In this document: positions 22,490 through 35,986 of the stretch, piece after piece
Numbering within the stretch: the stretch's first letter is position 1
Layout of the letters: every line of letters starts with the position of its first letter
Origin: Chromera velia
Taxonomy: Eukaryota
Length of the DNA: 51,120 nt
Assembly (NCBI GenBank): GCA_018398765.1
Contig: JAHBMJ010000317.1
Coordinates: forward strand, 1-51,120
Reading direction: 5' to 3'
Translations under genes and position numbers: made by a program
Notes under the pieces: generated by a model
What the model was told of the DNA's origin: nothing
The model's input: only the letters and a program-made list of their open reading frames with translations
Databases searched by the model: none

Positions 22490-23185
22490 ATGGATTTCGA
22501 CGGACCTGCTACAGGAGAGTTCGACGCTGCCCCAGGTGGATTTGACATCAGTGATGCTCTTGGGGGTTCTCCGGGAGGGGCGGGGGAGGACTCGCCCTCT
22601 CCGGATCAGCAGCAGGCTCCTGCTGCAGCTGACTGGGGTGCAATGGATGATATGATGGGGTTCACTGAACCCGCACAGCACGCAAATGGTCCGAGCAGCT
22701 ACGAACCCCCCGCACCAATGGAGGGGGTTGCAGCGGAAGAGGTGGAGAAAAACGGTACGACGCAGTATTTCAAGATGGACTCTGCGAATGATCAGAGCCC
22801 TGCAGGTGCAGAGGCAGCACAGAGGGCAGCAGAGAAGACGATTGAGGATGAGGAGAGGGAGAGGCAGGAGGCGTTGCTTCTCGAAAAATCTCATGCAGAG
22901 GAAAAACAACGCACAAAAGTGAGAGAAGAAGCAAATGAGTACAGGGAGAAGTGGTATTCTCAGAGACGGGAAGCAATTGAGAAACGAAAGAAAAGCAACA
23001 GGTTGGAGGAAGAGGAGACCTCCGCCTCCAGAGGGGAGGGCACGTCTTCAGACCCCACTGCTCCGTGCAACTGGGAGCGCACGCTCTCGTACATCGACTT
23101 CTCAAAGGAGAAGCACAACAGAGACACCTCGAGAATGAAGACGATTCTGTTCCAATTGAAGAGTGGGGGATTGCGGCGACCCTGA
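22490..23185 (+). CDS. CLC: Clathrin light chain
   Basis: Intronless 231-aa ORF with acidic N-terminus, coiled coil REEANEYREKWYSQRREAIEKRKKSNR, and hallmark C-terminus NWERTLSYIDF...RDTSRMKTILFQLK. Confidence 0.92.
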   Translation: MDFDGPATGEFDAAPGGFDISDALGGSPGGAGEDSPSPDQQQAPAAADWGAMDDMMGFTEPAQHANGPSSYEPPAPMEGVAAEEVEKNGTTQYFKMDSANDQSPAGAEAAQRAAEKTIEDEERERQEALLLEKSHAEEKQRTKVREEANEYREKWYSQRREAIEKRKKSNRLEEEETSASRGEGTSSDPTAPCNWERTLSYIDFSKEKHNRDTSRMKTILFQLKSGGLRRP

Positions 23186-23313
23186 GGGGGGCGTTTTTTC
23201 TCTTCATCCTGTTTGTCCTTTTTCCTCCATTGTTGCACAGATCGTCTGGGGGTGGAGTGAGGGCAGGACAAGGATTGAATGTGCATTGTTGATGGTTCTA
23301 ACTAACTGTGAAA

Positions 23314-23575
23314 NNNNNNNNNNNNNNNNNNNNNNNNNNNNNNNNNNNNNNNNNNNNNNNNNNNNNNNNNNNNNNNNNNNNNNNNNNNNNNNNNNNNNNN
23401 NNNNNNNNNNNNNNNNNNNNNNNNNNNNNNNNNNNNNNNNNNNNNNNNNNNNNNNNNNNNNNNNNNNNNNNNNNNNNNNNNNNNNNNNNNNNNNNNNNNN
23501 NNNNNNNNNNNNNNNNNNNNNNNNNNNNNNNNNNNNNNNNNNNNNNNNNNNNNNNNNNNNNNNNNNNNNNNNNNN
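23314..23575. other. Assembly gap (N run) followed by poly-G
   Basis: Run of n. Confidence 0.99.
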
Positions 23576-25223
23576 GGGGGGGGGGGGTTGAGTTCATGTC
23601 TTGTGAATGCGTGCATGTATCTGCGTTCTGCCCTCCTTTCTTTGAATGCTCATTCTTTCCTTCCGTCTCTCCTTCTCCGAAAAAGATGTCGTCATACGGA
23701 GGGAGGGAGAGGGAAGGGGGCAAAAAGAAAAAAAGGGAGGGAGGGAGAGGAGGGGGTCTGTTGATCCACCCAGTCACTTCCTTCCTTCCCTTTTCCATCC
23801 ATCATCTTACCTAGGCGGTGTGTCACCGGAGTGTTTTGTTCGCGCATCTTTCGTTCTTTTCCTCCGTCGGTCTCCCCTTTGATGCCCGTTTCGTCTCCCT
23901 CCGTTTGTCTGTCTCAACATGAATGACACCACAGAGGATGCTGTGATGGTCCGATGGACGGCTCATTCTTCCCTCCCTTCCTATTTCGCCTTAATTTTCC
24001 ATAATTCCATTGTGCCTGCCCCCTTGCAACGCTTCTGGTTCCTTCCGGCACATGTACGCTCATTTGTGTGTGCAAGTTGGGGCTTCTCTCTCTCTCTCTC
24101 TGTCTTTTCCGGCAAGGAGGGAGGGAAACAAGAAGGGATAGAAGTCGCTTCACCACTCACTTTGTTTCTCTTACCTGTCCTGTCTCTATTCCACACCCAC
24201 CCCCCACTAACGAATTCCTTCTACAGGAGAAGCAAAGAAGCAGCGAGGATGAGCCTTCTTTCCTGCTTTTTCCGTGTCTGTGTGTTTCATTGACTGATTC
24301 GCTACACCTGTGCAGAGGAGGAAAGGGCCGAGTTACGCACCGTCATGCAGTATTTTCTCCCTCATGCTTGCCTTGTCTGTATTCTCTGCTACTCCACTCG
24401 GAAGAAGAAGGACACAAAGACAGACACAGACGGTTCGTTTCAAGGAAGCCCCTTAAAGAACGTGACAGGGGGTAGGTAGACAGACAGGCCGACAAGGCAC
24501 ACATGCACAGAGAGAGAGAGAGACCTTACTACACCCTTCCCCTTCCCCCCGTCTCCACAATGGCCCCACGATTTGAATCTGTTCGTTCCGCAGTCTTCCA
24601 ACGTCGTCCCCGTCCGTTCTGTGAGATTCTCCTCCTCTTCCCTCCTCCCACTCGAATCCAAGCAATGCAAACAGGCATGCCAGTAAGAGTGAGTGCGGGT
24701 GTGTGGGGAGGCTGCGTGTCCGTCCTTCCTTCCTTCTCCTTAAGGGAGAGAGTAAAAAGAGAAGGCAGGAAGGAAAGAACGCATCGATCAAGCCTGCCTG
24801 GAGACGGAGCCTCAATTCTCGCGTCAGCACGGAACTATTCAAACCCCACTCCGCTCTCCTGATCAATCCCCTTTCTGGTCAGATCAGATCCGACTTCAAG
24901 TCCTCAACTGACTTGCCACTGTGTTTCTTCGCCTCGGTGTTGACAGCCCTCCTCGGTGGGCTTTTCTTTCTATGAAACAGAGGTTTGCGGAGGGAAGGAG
25001 ATTGCTTAAGGGATTGCAATGCATCGATTGCATGGAAGCTCGGTGAACAGTCTGAACAGTCTTGCAAGGGTGTGATCTGGGAAAGTTTGTATACGTCTGT
25101 ATGAAAGTCTGCATGGATGCATGATCGATGTGCAGACACAGAAAGAGCTTCAGACTATAACTATAGGACCATGAGTTCGAAACTATATAAAGAATTAGAA
25201 TTCCTTTTTAATAATGTGCTGAC

Positions 25224-25460
25224 CTAGGCGCTGCACATAAGAAAAAAAAAGAAAAAAAAAAGTGGGAGAGCCCTAATTTTTTTTTCTTTTTTTTTTATTT
25301 CAAGCTAGTGCCTCCAAAAAAAAAAAAATCTCTTTCAACTCTCAAACTTACTTTTCTATATAAGATGTGTACATGACTTTTGACCTTAAAAAAAAAAAAA
25401 GAAAAGTACCTTGGGGAGGCCTATTTTTTTTTTTTTTTTTAATGTACATGCGGCACCTAG
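25224..25460. mobile_element. 237-bp MITE with CTAGG termini and 8-bp TSD
   Basis: TSD GTGCTGAC at 25216-25223 and 25461-25468; left end CTAGGCGCTGCACAT versus right-end reverse complement CTAGGTGCCGCATGT; interior of A/T homopolymers. Confidence 0.88.
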
Positions 25461-26020
25461 GTGCTGACAGTGTTGTATGCATAAATATCCTAGCCTGGAT
25501 CCTAGCCTAGATTGATATCAGCTTAGACACCTGTTTAATAGAACTTGAATCTTAGTAAATCCTAGTTTGAATCTAGACTAATAGATCTAGACTTGGATAT
25601 TAGTATGACAATCTGGCTTGAATCTGCATGTGGTGTCATAAACTTTACTAAATATTACAATCTAACGAATCGTAATGATTCTAATTATAAAGTTGTCGTA
25701 TAATGTCATATAATGTCCACACTGGCAGACTTTTCAAATTAATGTTGACAAATATTAATAAATTTACTAGTAACTTAGTGTTTTTCACGCAACTTTGCAC
25801 ACTCCCTGCAATACTCATACAACATAATACAACACTTGAACAATGGTTGTTTGTCTGGTTTAGTCTAGTTAAGGGGGTAATAAATAAATAAAAATAAATA
25901 AATAAAAAGTTTTCTTCTATACGTTTTCTTTTTTTCTTTCTGGTGTACGGCTTAGAACTCCTATATTTACTTCATAAACACTTTCTTTAAATAAACCTTC
26001 ATATGCGTATTTCGTTCAAT

Positions 26021-28998
26021 TCATGTCAGGCTCTTCATTACTCTCATGTTGCTGTCTGCTTTGAGCCTCTGACTTTCGGCATACAAAACTTCAGGATGTT
26101 TTAGGAAGATGTAGGGAGATGTAGCAGGATGTGTATCGGCCTGCATACACCTATACGAACTCATAGCCAAGAAGCGAAATGAATGCCTGCAACTGAGTGG
26201 GCTGTGTGGCAATTCTCTGGCTCTCCAGTGCAGAGCTAGGGGTCGGTTCAATGGCACTCTCTGGAACCTTTCTTGGTCTTTTGGTGACTCTGTGTGTGTG
26301 TGTGTGTGTGAGTGTGTGTGTGTGTATGTGTGAGTGTGTGTGCGTGAGTGTATGTATGCAAGTACGTATGTGTGCAGGTGGGCAGACGGGTGCATGCAGA
26401 ATTGAGGCAGCAATTCCTGACGAAAACGCCTGACAAGCGAAATATTTGAATCGAAAAGGTACTTTGGTTCAGTTGGTTCGAGAGTCAGTCAGTCTGTCAG
26501 TCAGCTAGCCCCCCTTGCTTCCACATTTGAATTCTTGTTTGCCAAACAAAAGAAAGAAGCTACACCCCCCGATGCATCCCCCCCGCAGGCATTCCACAAA
26601 ACCCCCCACCGCACCCAGATACTGAGGCTGCAGGGTTAGTGCACGAAAGGACACGAAAGGAATTCGTCCAAGACGAGGGCGGGATCACCTCTCTTTCCTC
26701 CTGCTGCTGTTGTGGCTGTTGTTGCTGTTGGTGCCATTGGAGAGAGTTGGATCTGACCGCTTGCACAGGAGGGACAGAAGCGACGGGCGGCACAGAGGGG
26801 GATGGGGAGGTCCCGATAAGCTGAGTCGTGCCTGCAGAGGCAGAGGAGAGGTTCTCTGCATTGGCTGCACTGGACGGCTGCAGAGCCCTCACTGTGCCTC
26901 CATGTCTGTGCTTCTGCTTCTGCTGCTGCTGCTGTGCTCCTCTTTCCTGTCTGACCACGGGGTTGAAGACCTGCGGAGACAGAGGACCCGGTTTGACGGG
27001 AAGGGAGTAGACAGAACCAGGAGGGAAGGTCGGGAGGCCCAGGGCCGCATGCACAGCGTTGATGGCATTCAGGTTGGAGGGGTCTGCCCTGTCTCTGACG
27101 ATGCACCTGCGAGGAAGGAAAGAAAGAAAAGAACAGAGACAGAAGAAAGAACAGAGAGTGAGGTGGCCAGAGTTAGCCTTAGAAACGGAATCTACATATT
27201 GATGCACACAGCAGCATGGTCAGCCACATGAACGAAAAGAGAAGCTAAGAAAAGGAGCCGAACACGGCACCAACAAACGAACAGAGATAGACGTTAGTTT
27301 GAGAATGGAGACACGCTTCCCCACACTCATCCTTTTTGCTCTGCGCGGACTGTTGTCGTGCACAGCATGAGGGGAGGGGACGACAAAGTGACTAGGACTT
27401 ACCGACACACAGCGCGCGGAGATTTGAAAAACATGAGAGGACAAAGAACGATTCTTCCCTTCTCAGAATCGACCAAGAAAAGCGCGGAATAGAAAGACAC
27501 TCACGGAATGTGCCGGACAGACTGAAAAATGTGGATTGTTCCCGGCACATAACAGAGCATTCGTATTGCATCAATTCCTCCCTTCCGTTCTCTTTCTGAT
27601 TCTCCTTGCAGAAACACAAAAACAGCCCATGCACCACCTGACCGACCTATGGAGACACTCTCGTGCGAGTTCGAATTGTCCCAAAGCGAAGAAGCAGTCA
27701 GAGATGCAGAAGAGCGCGGGCTGCGCGCACAACGTGAGTGAGAGACAGTTTGTGCGTCTGTGCATACTAGCGAGAGAGAGACAGATCGAGATAATCGATC
27801 AAGTCCAAGTCACTTAGAGGGACTGCTGAAGAAGGGATTGCACGGAGCCAAAAACAGGAGTTTTTGCTTCGTTTTGTCTCTTTACCTCCGGCAGACTGTT
27901 GGACGGATGGCTAGATTGGTGAATGCGAATGGAGGGGTTCTGTGGAGCGCTTTCATTCGTTGCATCTTCACCGACCAACCCGTACTTGCTTTCCTTCCGC
28001 GACACACAATCCAGGAACACAAAAGAAGTCTTGCACCCATCTTCTCTCTCTTCAACAATCAATGTCTGAGGGAGATACCAAGAGCAAAAACGGAAGGGAA
28101 AAACCAACCGGATAGTCCGAGTCGACTCTCAGAAGCTTCTGAGCCACTGCGATTGCGTTTTGCCAGTCCCCCATTTGCTTGAGCAGAAGCGCCATTGCAG
28201 TCTGCACCTCCATCGAGTCTGGGGCCGAGCTCAGAGCAGTTTCCAGCAGCGCTGAGAAAAGCAGAAGAGATGAGAGAGCGAAGACATAAGAAGCGCCGGC
28301 GATTGCATTTCGCAGACGGGTGCGGAGAGAGTGCTTGACAGGGACAGTGACAGAACATGGAATGACTGATCGACAGAAAGATGAAGAGACAAACAGACGC
28401 TGTAAAGTAAAAATGCTCGGAAGAAATTGTCACAATTCGCAAAGACTAAAGAGACCGCGATGCCCTCCCTGTCCACCTCCACCCTACGCATTCACCTCTT
28501 GCATGATAGAGGTCCCCGAGGTCCTTCGATAAGCGGGCGAGCATGAACAAGAACGGGACGAAGCCTCGCCGCTGCATTCACGCGAAGTGCAACCAAGTGC
28601 ATTCAAGCAGGGGAAGGAAGAAGCATGAGGAGAGGAGAGCAGAAGGACTGCAGGATTTTTTGCGTCCTTAATTAAACCCCTCAAAGGAAAGCGCACACAT
28701 TATCTTATGAGAAGAAACGGGAAAAGCAGAAAGAAATGCGGCAGACAGGAAAGCGCCGCCTGGGTGGGAAGGAAGCAGTCACGTAGGCAGGTTCTCACTC
28801 CAGAAAACGTCCAGATCTCCTTCTGTCCCGTCCACCCATGAACATTTAGCGAACAATTTACCCCTCTCTCTCACTGAAAACGGAAACACACAGACTCACC
28901 TGCACTTCTGCCCTCTGCAACGCGTCTCGTGCTCTCGCCCTCATGCCCTCCTCACAATATGCAGAATAGGCAACAAAGTGAACTTCTGGAGGGATCTG
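26021..28998 (-). CDS. Probable multi-exon hypothetical gene, structure unresolved
   Basis: Several AG/GT-bounded coding-like segments on the minus strand, e.g. IPPEVHFVAYSAYCEEGMRARARDALQRAEVQ at ~28998-28900 and a Gln/Pro/Ser-rich exon at ~27105-26560. No family recognised. Confidence 0.4.
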
Positions 28999-29144
28999 CA
29001 AGAAGGAAAAAATGAAACCTACATGCATGTTCAGAAATACCCTTTCCCAAATGTGTGATACGGAAAGGAGCGAAAAGGATGCAGAGGATCAGCCGAGTGC
29101 CTTTCGCTCAAATGCATGAAGGCACACGCACGCACGCATGCACG

Positions 29145-29187
<43 letters not shown>

Positions 29188-29195
29188 AGGGAGAC

Positions 29196-29231
<36 letters not shown>

Positions 29232-29459
29232 TGCGACATCGACACGTGTCAGTCAGGAAAACGAGTTCACGAAGAGTTACGAAGAAAACGAAAGCCCCAA
29301 AAACAGAGATACAGGGCGAAGGAGATCGAGAAGAAAGAGGCAGCGGGCGGGCGGGGCAGCCGCAGAGGGATGACACACAGACAGAGTCATGCTTCTTGAC
29401 TGAAACGGAGAAGAAGGGAATTAATGATCACCATGGAGGTCCACACACAACCAGATCTT

Positions 29460-30645
29460 TCATGCGCCGACCTGCTTCGTCATTCCTCTCTGCTGCTGTT
29501 GGTGTTGCTGAATCTTATGTTGCTGGTGTGCAAAGTTTCCGTAACCATTCGAGGAGGCCGACGCGGCCTCCCTCTCCCCCGCCTCTTTCTCTTCCTTCTC
29601 CACACGCAGGGCTGCTTCGTATTTCGTCAACAAACGGCTTCGGGTGACAGGGTCGGATATGGGTGCACTTCTGCGGGTGCATACACACAAAAGCACATGC
29701 AGGTTCGATGCGATATGGTGAAATGGCGGTTGGGCAGTCAGCACACTTTCTTGTATTGATGATTCGGCAGGACCTTCAAACAGTCACGCATTCGCCTCAC
29801 AAGACCAAGTACTCTGTACAATAATACCGGAAAAGCAGCTGTGAGAATTCCGAAAGAGCGCCGGAGAGACAATGAACGGACAACCCATTCAGGTCCCCAG
29901 ACGGAAGCGCAGAAGAGGGCAAGCTCAGAAGAAGCGAAGCAGGCAACCTCAATGACATGGAGGGAAAGGAAGTAGAAAAAAAAACGCAAGCCGAAAGGAC
30001 ATCGGAAGATGTACCCAACGATTGACTGCCAGCCTGTAGCGAATGCCAGACAACGCAAATGGAGTGAAGACTGAAGAGAGAAGCCTAAAGTACCCACCTG
30101 CAGCACTTGTCTTGTTCTGTGAACATTTTGTAAATTTCAAAATCCGACCGAGACCGTCCAGACGAAGAAGAGGACGACAGCCCCCCCTGCGGGCCCCCAC
30201 TTCCACTTCCACTGCTTCCACTGATCATTTGTGTGCCCCCTGAGGCCGTGATGGTTGGGGGTCGTGAGGGAATGAAGGTGGAGGAGGGTGTTGAGGACTG
30301 GCTCGTCTTCTTTGTCTGGGGCTGTGAGGCAGGAACAAATCGGGGAGGGCACCCTGCGGAGGAAACGGATGATCCCCCTGCCCCTCCCCCTTGTCCTGTC
30401 ACCCCTGACCGTCCCCTCAGTGACGATGCAAACACCCCTGACAGATCAGGCAACAGAGGAACATCCTCGTAGAAAGATTCCAGGGCTGCTTCCACACTTT
30501 CTGCAGAAGTGTCAGACAGAGACCAGGAAGAGAGTGGGATACACCTCGTGTTCACAAATGCAGCAGTTATTTTTGTCTTTCCAACGACGACGCACAGAAA
30601 CGCGCAAATTGCGGTAGACACCGATTGGTTATGAAGTAATTTCAT
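29460..30645 (-). CDS. Hypothetical multi-exon protein with signal peptide and AAF motif (possible bipartite plastid-targeting leader)
   Basis: MKLLHNQSVSTAICAFLCVVVGKTKITAAFVNTR...; donor at ~30097; further exon-like segments ending ...RGMTKQVGA* at 29460. Confidence 0.55.
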
Positions 30646-30985
30646 TTTATTCCCTTTTGACCTTCTATCACAGGAACAGGGGTATTCCGGAAAGAGACTT
30701 GCCTCAGGAAGTGTACACTTGCAAACAACGCACAAAAATGCGGTGACATACTTCTGCGGAATAGACGCAAGAGACATACGAGGTCCCTTCACGCCGAGCA
30801 AGCTTCTATGTCAAAGAGCAAAGAATGGGAGAAAAGCGCAAGCCTCTGTGAAAGGACAAGAAACCATCGAGGGAAGAATTTTGAGGTTCATCCCTCACGC
30901 ATCAATCGAGACACCCACCCACAAGTGAAAGCAAGCAAGAAAGAAAGAAAGAAAGAAAGAAATCCTGTCCCACAGCCTTTGTTCC

Positions 30986-31725
30986 CTACTGACCGAATTC
31001 CTCGCACTCTTGCCTGACAATTCGCGGCACAAGGCAACAGGTGCCCGTGGTGATGGAGCAGGTGTCTACAAGGTCGCACTCTCTGTCTCTGTTTGCGCTG
31101 CTGGTGTGCGCGTGCATCCCTCCCCCCGAGTGTGGACGTCCTCCCTGCATGGCCCTGTCTCTCCTCTGGTGGTGCGGAGCGGCGGCGCCTCTGTTCCTTT
31201 GTTGGCTTCCTGTGGAGGTGCTGACGTCCGTCTCGTGCGTCTCGCCCCTGTCGTCCACAATAAGTTCCAATCGTACGTTCCTCTGTGATTCAGCGGGGCA
31301 ACAGGTCTGCACGCAACACCGAGACAGCACAAACAGAAAGCAAAAGGACGACAATCCACTGCTTGCTCAAGCCTTCACATGAGGGGAATCGTTCTGTTCT
31401 GCCATCGTATGATTGCTGTCAACTGCGTCCCCCATTTTCTTCCAGGCACGCCACGAGACTCACACAAAAAAAGGAGACGGATACGGGGGCTAACGCAACG
31501 ATCGAAGATTTTCCAACGAGTTGCACAGAATCGCCTTAAACTTCATACGCAGGAATTTCAAGGGATAGGGAAAGCAACAAGAAAAGGGAAACAACAGAGA
31601 TTCAGGATCCTTATGCCTCACAGACTGACAGGAGTGGGCACTTCAGCGAACATTGGGCCCTCTTCGTGTTGGGACGGCCCTCTTGCATATGAATGGTGCG
31701 ATGTGCTTGTGCTGGAGTTCCCCAT
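30986..31725 (-). CDS. Small hypothetical spliced protein with possible N-myristoylation start (MGNSSTS)
   Basis: ATG at 31725, donor-like GTGAG at ~31623, terminal exon-like ORF ending ...CCLVPRIVRQECEEFGQ* at 30986. Confidence 0.35.
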
Positions 31726-33566
31726 GATGCCTTCGACTGTAAAGAGATAGGGTCCTCTTGCAGCAGCAGCAGCACGAGTGGAGGTAGCGAGGCACAACGA
31801 GAGCTGGAGCGAAAAAGGCACAAATGAATCTCCGGAGCGAGGGGAGAGACGGATCTTCCTTTTATTTGAGACGTCGGGTTCTGCAACTTCTACCTGCTCC
31901 TTTCAATCTGTCAACAGAAGTTTTTCTCAGTCAACAGAAGTCCAACTATCCTGCTTCGATTGTAGACTGTTCAGCGCAAAGGTATCGTAAAATATGTATA
32001 TATGATTGGTCGAGAGTTGTTGAGAGTAGGGATTGAGTTCTTCAGTCAGGTACAGTCATGTACAGTCAGGTTCAGTCTGTGATCATATTCTGAAAAAAAA
32101 AAAAAATCTGGTCGTTCATGCATGCGCATTATTGCGCAGTTTGTGCGAAGGCCTATACAGCTATACAAGTGAGTGCGCGCGCTTTGCGCGCGGAAGTGAC
32201 CAAACGCGCGGAAGTAACTAAGGTCTTGTCACCCGACTCTTGTGACTGTGTTAATTATGACGTACGGGCTAAAGGAAAACGTTAAAAAACATAATCATGC
32301 AGTATTACGATCTGATTACTAAATCTTTTCCTGAGTTACTATTGGTATCCAAATCCATCAATTACACCTTCACTGAACTGAATGCATTTAATATCATTAT
32401 GACTTTAAAAAATTATGTATTCAATCAATCAACTAGTCAATTAAATAAGAGCTGTATCATAAAATATTCTAAAATTCATTAGACTTACGGCTAAACACAT
32501 TCTGTAACCTTTCTTAGAGGATACTTTTTGATAAATGCTTTGTATACCAACTATGGAACTCATCGATCGATCAATAGTCAGTCAAAAAAATTTAAAAAAG
32601 TTTTGTAATCTGGTATAAATTTTCCTAAATTTTCTCAAACAGTTTGATTATAAAAGCTTTTTATAACTGTATTCAATAAATTAATGCCGATCGATATTGA
32701 TGATCAACTTATGGATCAAGTATGATCAAGTCAAGGGAATTTATCATGCAATACCATTCAGGCGCCATCATAAAAAAAATGTATAAAAGAGTGATGTTTA
32801 ATAAATGGCGGTCGATGTTGATGATCGAGTACAATCGTATCGAGGAAACTTATTCTGAAATAACTTTCAGACACTGTTATGAAAAAACATGTAAAATAAG
32901 AGGTATACATCCGGAGAGAGAAACAAAAAGGGGGAAGAGAATAAAGAAAGCAGTGATAGAAAGAAAGAAGAAACACAGAACAGATAAAGAAGACAGAAGA
33001 GGTGATGGGAGAAAAGATAGAAGAGCAGAAAAGCGAAATATCGAAGGTTATCAGGATAACAAGTTATTAAAGACAGTCCTTGGATAGGGCGGCCCAGTCA
33101 GAACTTTTCAGTGAACATAGGTAAAGTTTAACAGAAAGATCAAAATTCGGGAAATAAACTAAGTCAGGCAGACAGAATAGGCACCTAGCTAGGATAATGA
33201 GAAAGCAGTCAAACAGACAGGGAGGCAGAACTTTGAGCACACTCAGAAAAGAAAATAAAATTAGAAATATGGTCAGGCACACAAGAAGGCATCCCTGCAT
33301 GACAGCCAACAGGCAGATAGGCAGGAATATGCTGAGTCGTGCCGGAAGGAAACGTCAAAACGGAAGCAGAGTGGGATCATCGCAACTTCTGAATCTCTCA
33401 ATTTGTTTGTAAGGTGGCATGTAAAGATATGTACAGTTGAGAGGTCAGATAAGAGGTCGGAATTGAGAGAAATCGCATGAGAGAGGCAAGATAAGAAAAG
33501 TGAAATGCAAGTGAAGAGATGAGATGTGAGTAAACAGGGTCACCGAGAGAGTAGCCTGTGTCTCTA

Positions 33567-33598
<32 letters not shown>

Positions 33599-34286
33599 CC
33601 TGCCTGCCTGCCTATGTCTGCATGTTTGCATATCTCTCTGCCTTTCTACTATTCTACCAGTGTTATTTTCTCATTTTACGGGTCTGCCTATTCTGCCGTT
33701 TGACATATCTGCCTGCCTGCCTGCCTACCTACCTGTCTGCCTACATGCCCACCTGTCTGCGCCGGGTGATAGCTGGGGCATAAGAGCAATGAGTTGATGG
33801 CTGTGGGCAGAAAAAAACGAGAACCAAACATGAGAGAGAATACAGTGGGAAGAGGCCATACATTGAAATTAGAGCACTGAACTGAGAAGACTGAGATTTA
33901 ATGAGACTCGATGTGAGAGCTGACGTGAGCATGCCAAAAGGCTCGGCGAAGAGGCAATTTAGATGACAGTAGGAATGATGTGGCGTACAAAGGTGCAATA
34001 AAAACAGTGAAACAAAATAGGCAGGACAGTGGATTGTCATGTAAAAGCACGCAGTAAAACCGATTATTGTGGGATCTAGCGGTGACAAGATGAATAGAGA
34101 TTGATATATATATGTTGAGTGAATGCACGATCGAATATGAGTAACAGACCTGCATAAGTGAACATATTAGCGCAGTGAACTAACACGACCACATCATTTT
34201 GAGCAGTTGAAGAGCTGCAGGATACATGCAGACAATGAGGATCATGCTGGATCGTGCAATAACATAGGCAAGCGGGAAGGAGAGAA

Positions 34287-35212
34287 CAGGAAGGTGGGGG
34301 CACCTTTGTTCTTTTAGGGATCTGTCCAGCAGGGAGGAAGCTGAGGGCACCTTTGTTCTTTTAGAGATCTGTCCAGCAGGAAAGAAGCTGAGGGCATCTT
34401 TGTTCTTTCAAGGATCTGTTCAGCAGGAAGGAAGCTGGGAGCACTTTTATTCTTCTTAGGATCTGTCCAGCAGGAAGGAAGGTGGGGGCACCTTTGTTAT
34501 TTTTTGGATTTGTTCAGCAGGAAGGAAGGTAAGGCCACCTTTATTCTTTTTAGGGTCTGCTCAGCAGGAAGGAAGCTAGGGGCACCTTTGTTCGATTTCT
34601 GATCTGTCTTGCAGGAAGGAAGCTGGGAGCACCTTTGTTCGATTTCTGATCTGTCTTATAGGAAGCAAGGTGGGGGCACCTTTGTTCGATTTCTGATCTG
34701 TCTTGCAGGAAGGAAGATGGGGGCACCTTTGTGCTTTTACGATCTGTCCAGCAGGAAGGAAGGTGGGGGCACCTTTGTGCTTTTAGGGATCTGTCCAGTA
34801 GGAAGGCAGCTAGAGGCACCTTTGTTCTTTTTTAGATTTGTCCAGAAGGAAGGAAGGTGGGGGCACCTTTGTTCTTTTGGGGATGTGCGCAACAGAAAGA
34901 AAGGTAGGGGCACCTTTGTTCTTTTTAGGATCTGTCTAGCAGGAAAGAAGGTGGAAGCAGATTTGTTCTTTTACGGATCTGTCCAACAGGAAAGAAGGTG
35001 GGGGCACCTTTGTTCTTTTAGGGATCTGTCTAGCAGGAAGGAAGGTGGGGGCACCTTTGTTCTTTTTAGGGTCTGCTCAGCAGGAAAGAAGGTAGGGGCA
35101 CCTTCGTTCTTTTAGGGATCTGTCCAGCAGGAAGGAAGGTGGGGGCACCTTTGTTCTTTTCAGGATCTGTCCAGCAGGAAGGAGGCTGGGGGCACCTTTG
35201 TTCTTCTAGGAT
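34287..35212. repeat. 47-bp minisatellite, about 20 tandem copies
   Basis: Consensus approximately GCAGGAAGGAAGGTGGGGGCACCTTTGTTCTTTTAGGGATCTGTCCA; CACCTTTGTT recurs at ~47-bp period (34301, 34348 ... 34583, 34630, 34677). Confidence 0.97.
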
Positions 35213-35986
35213 ACCCCATCTTGAATTGACTTGACAATCGCATGACCTGTTGGTCTTTTTTTTGCTTTCTTCAAACCTTTTTATACCCATAATGCGTCTT
35301 GTTGCTCACGATACTAGATACGGTGCTAGCATATGTTATCTCAGGCTGTATAGCTCTACTTATAGCTCTAGTTTACTTTGGCTCTAGTCATTTTAACTAG
35401 ATTTGCTGATAAATTTTGTTTAGATAAGTGCATCTGAAGTTTTAAGTGTATCAAACTGAGTATCAAAGAGAGAAAAAAAACTAATTTTGAATGAAATTTA
35501 TCTTCAATTTTTGTTTTTTTGCCGTAAGAACGGCTAAGGTACTAGGCCTGTAACTAGGAGAAAAAAATCTTGGTAGGAAATTCTAAGCTCTAGTGTATAA
35601 GGTCTATAGCCTACGCTATAGTAAGAGCAAGAGAACATGCACTGTCATACAGAGTTTGTAGGCCCAGAAAACTATTTATGCATAATCCTGGGTATTAATC
35701 CACTAATATAAGTGATAAGTGATTTAGTGCTAAAAATTAGTGGTGCCGTTGAACATTATCGCCGTTTTGTCTTGTAGTACCTCTATAGAATTAAGTGCTG
35801 GAGAAGTTCAACGTCCACGCCGCTGTGTCATTCATGCAGTTGCTAGCAAAGTTGCATCATGTGAAAAAAACTAGAAAAAAAAATAACCCTTTTCAGTTAC
35901 TTTTTTTTCCTGTGATACGGCTTGCTAAAATTCAAGTCATCTAACACCTATATACAAATATTTGTTTTATTGTTTTTAAACATTTT

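Noticed and set aside
25095..25115. Third copy of the hairpin element (CTGTATGAAAGTCTGCATG)
   Set aside because: Only a partial single-arm match, with no opposite arm or flanking duplication seen.
23580..25140. Possible gene fragments after the second gap
   Set aside because: No consistent exon chain or recognisable domain could be assembled.
32722..33087. 121-aa basic ORF
   Set aside because: Lies in an AT-rich eroded block with purine-skewed low complexity and no family motif.
34287..35212. CRISPR-like array
   Set aside because: Units are contiguous with no unique spacers, no cas genes are present, and the context is eukaryotic.
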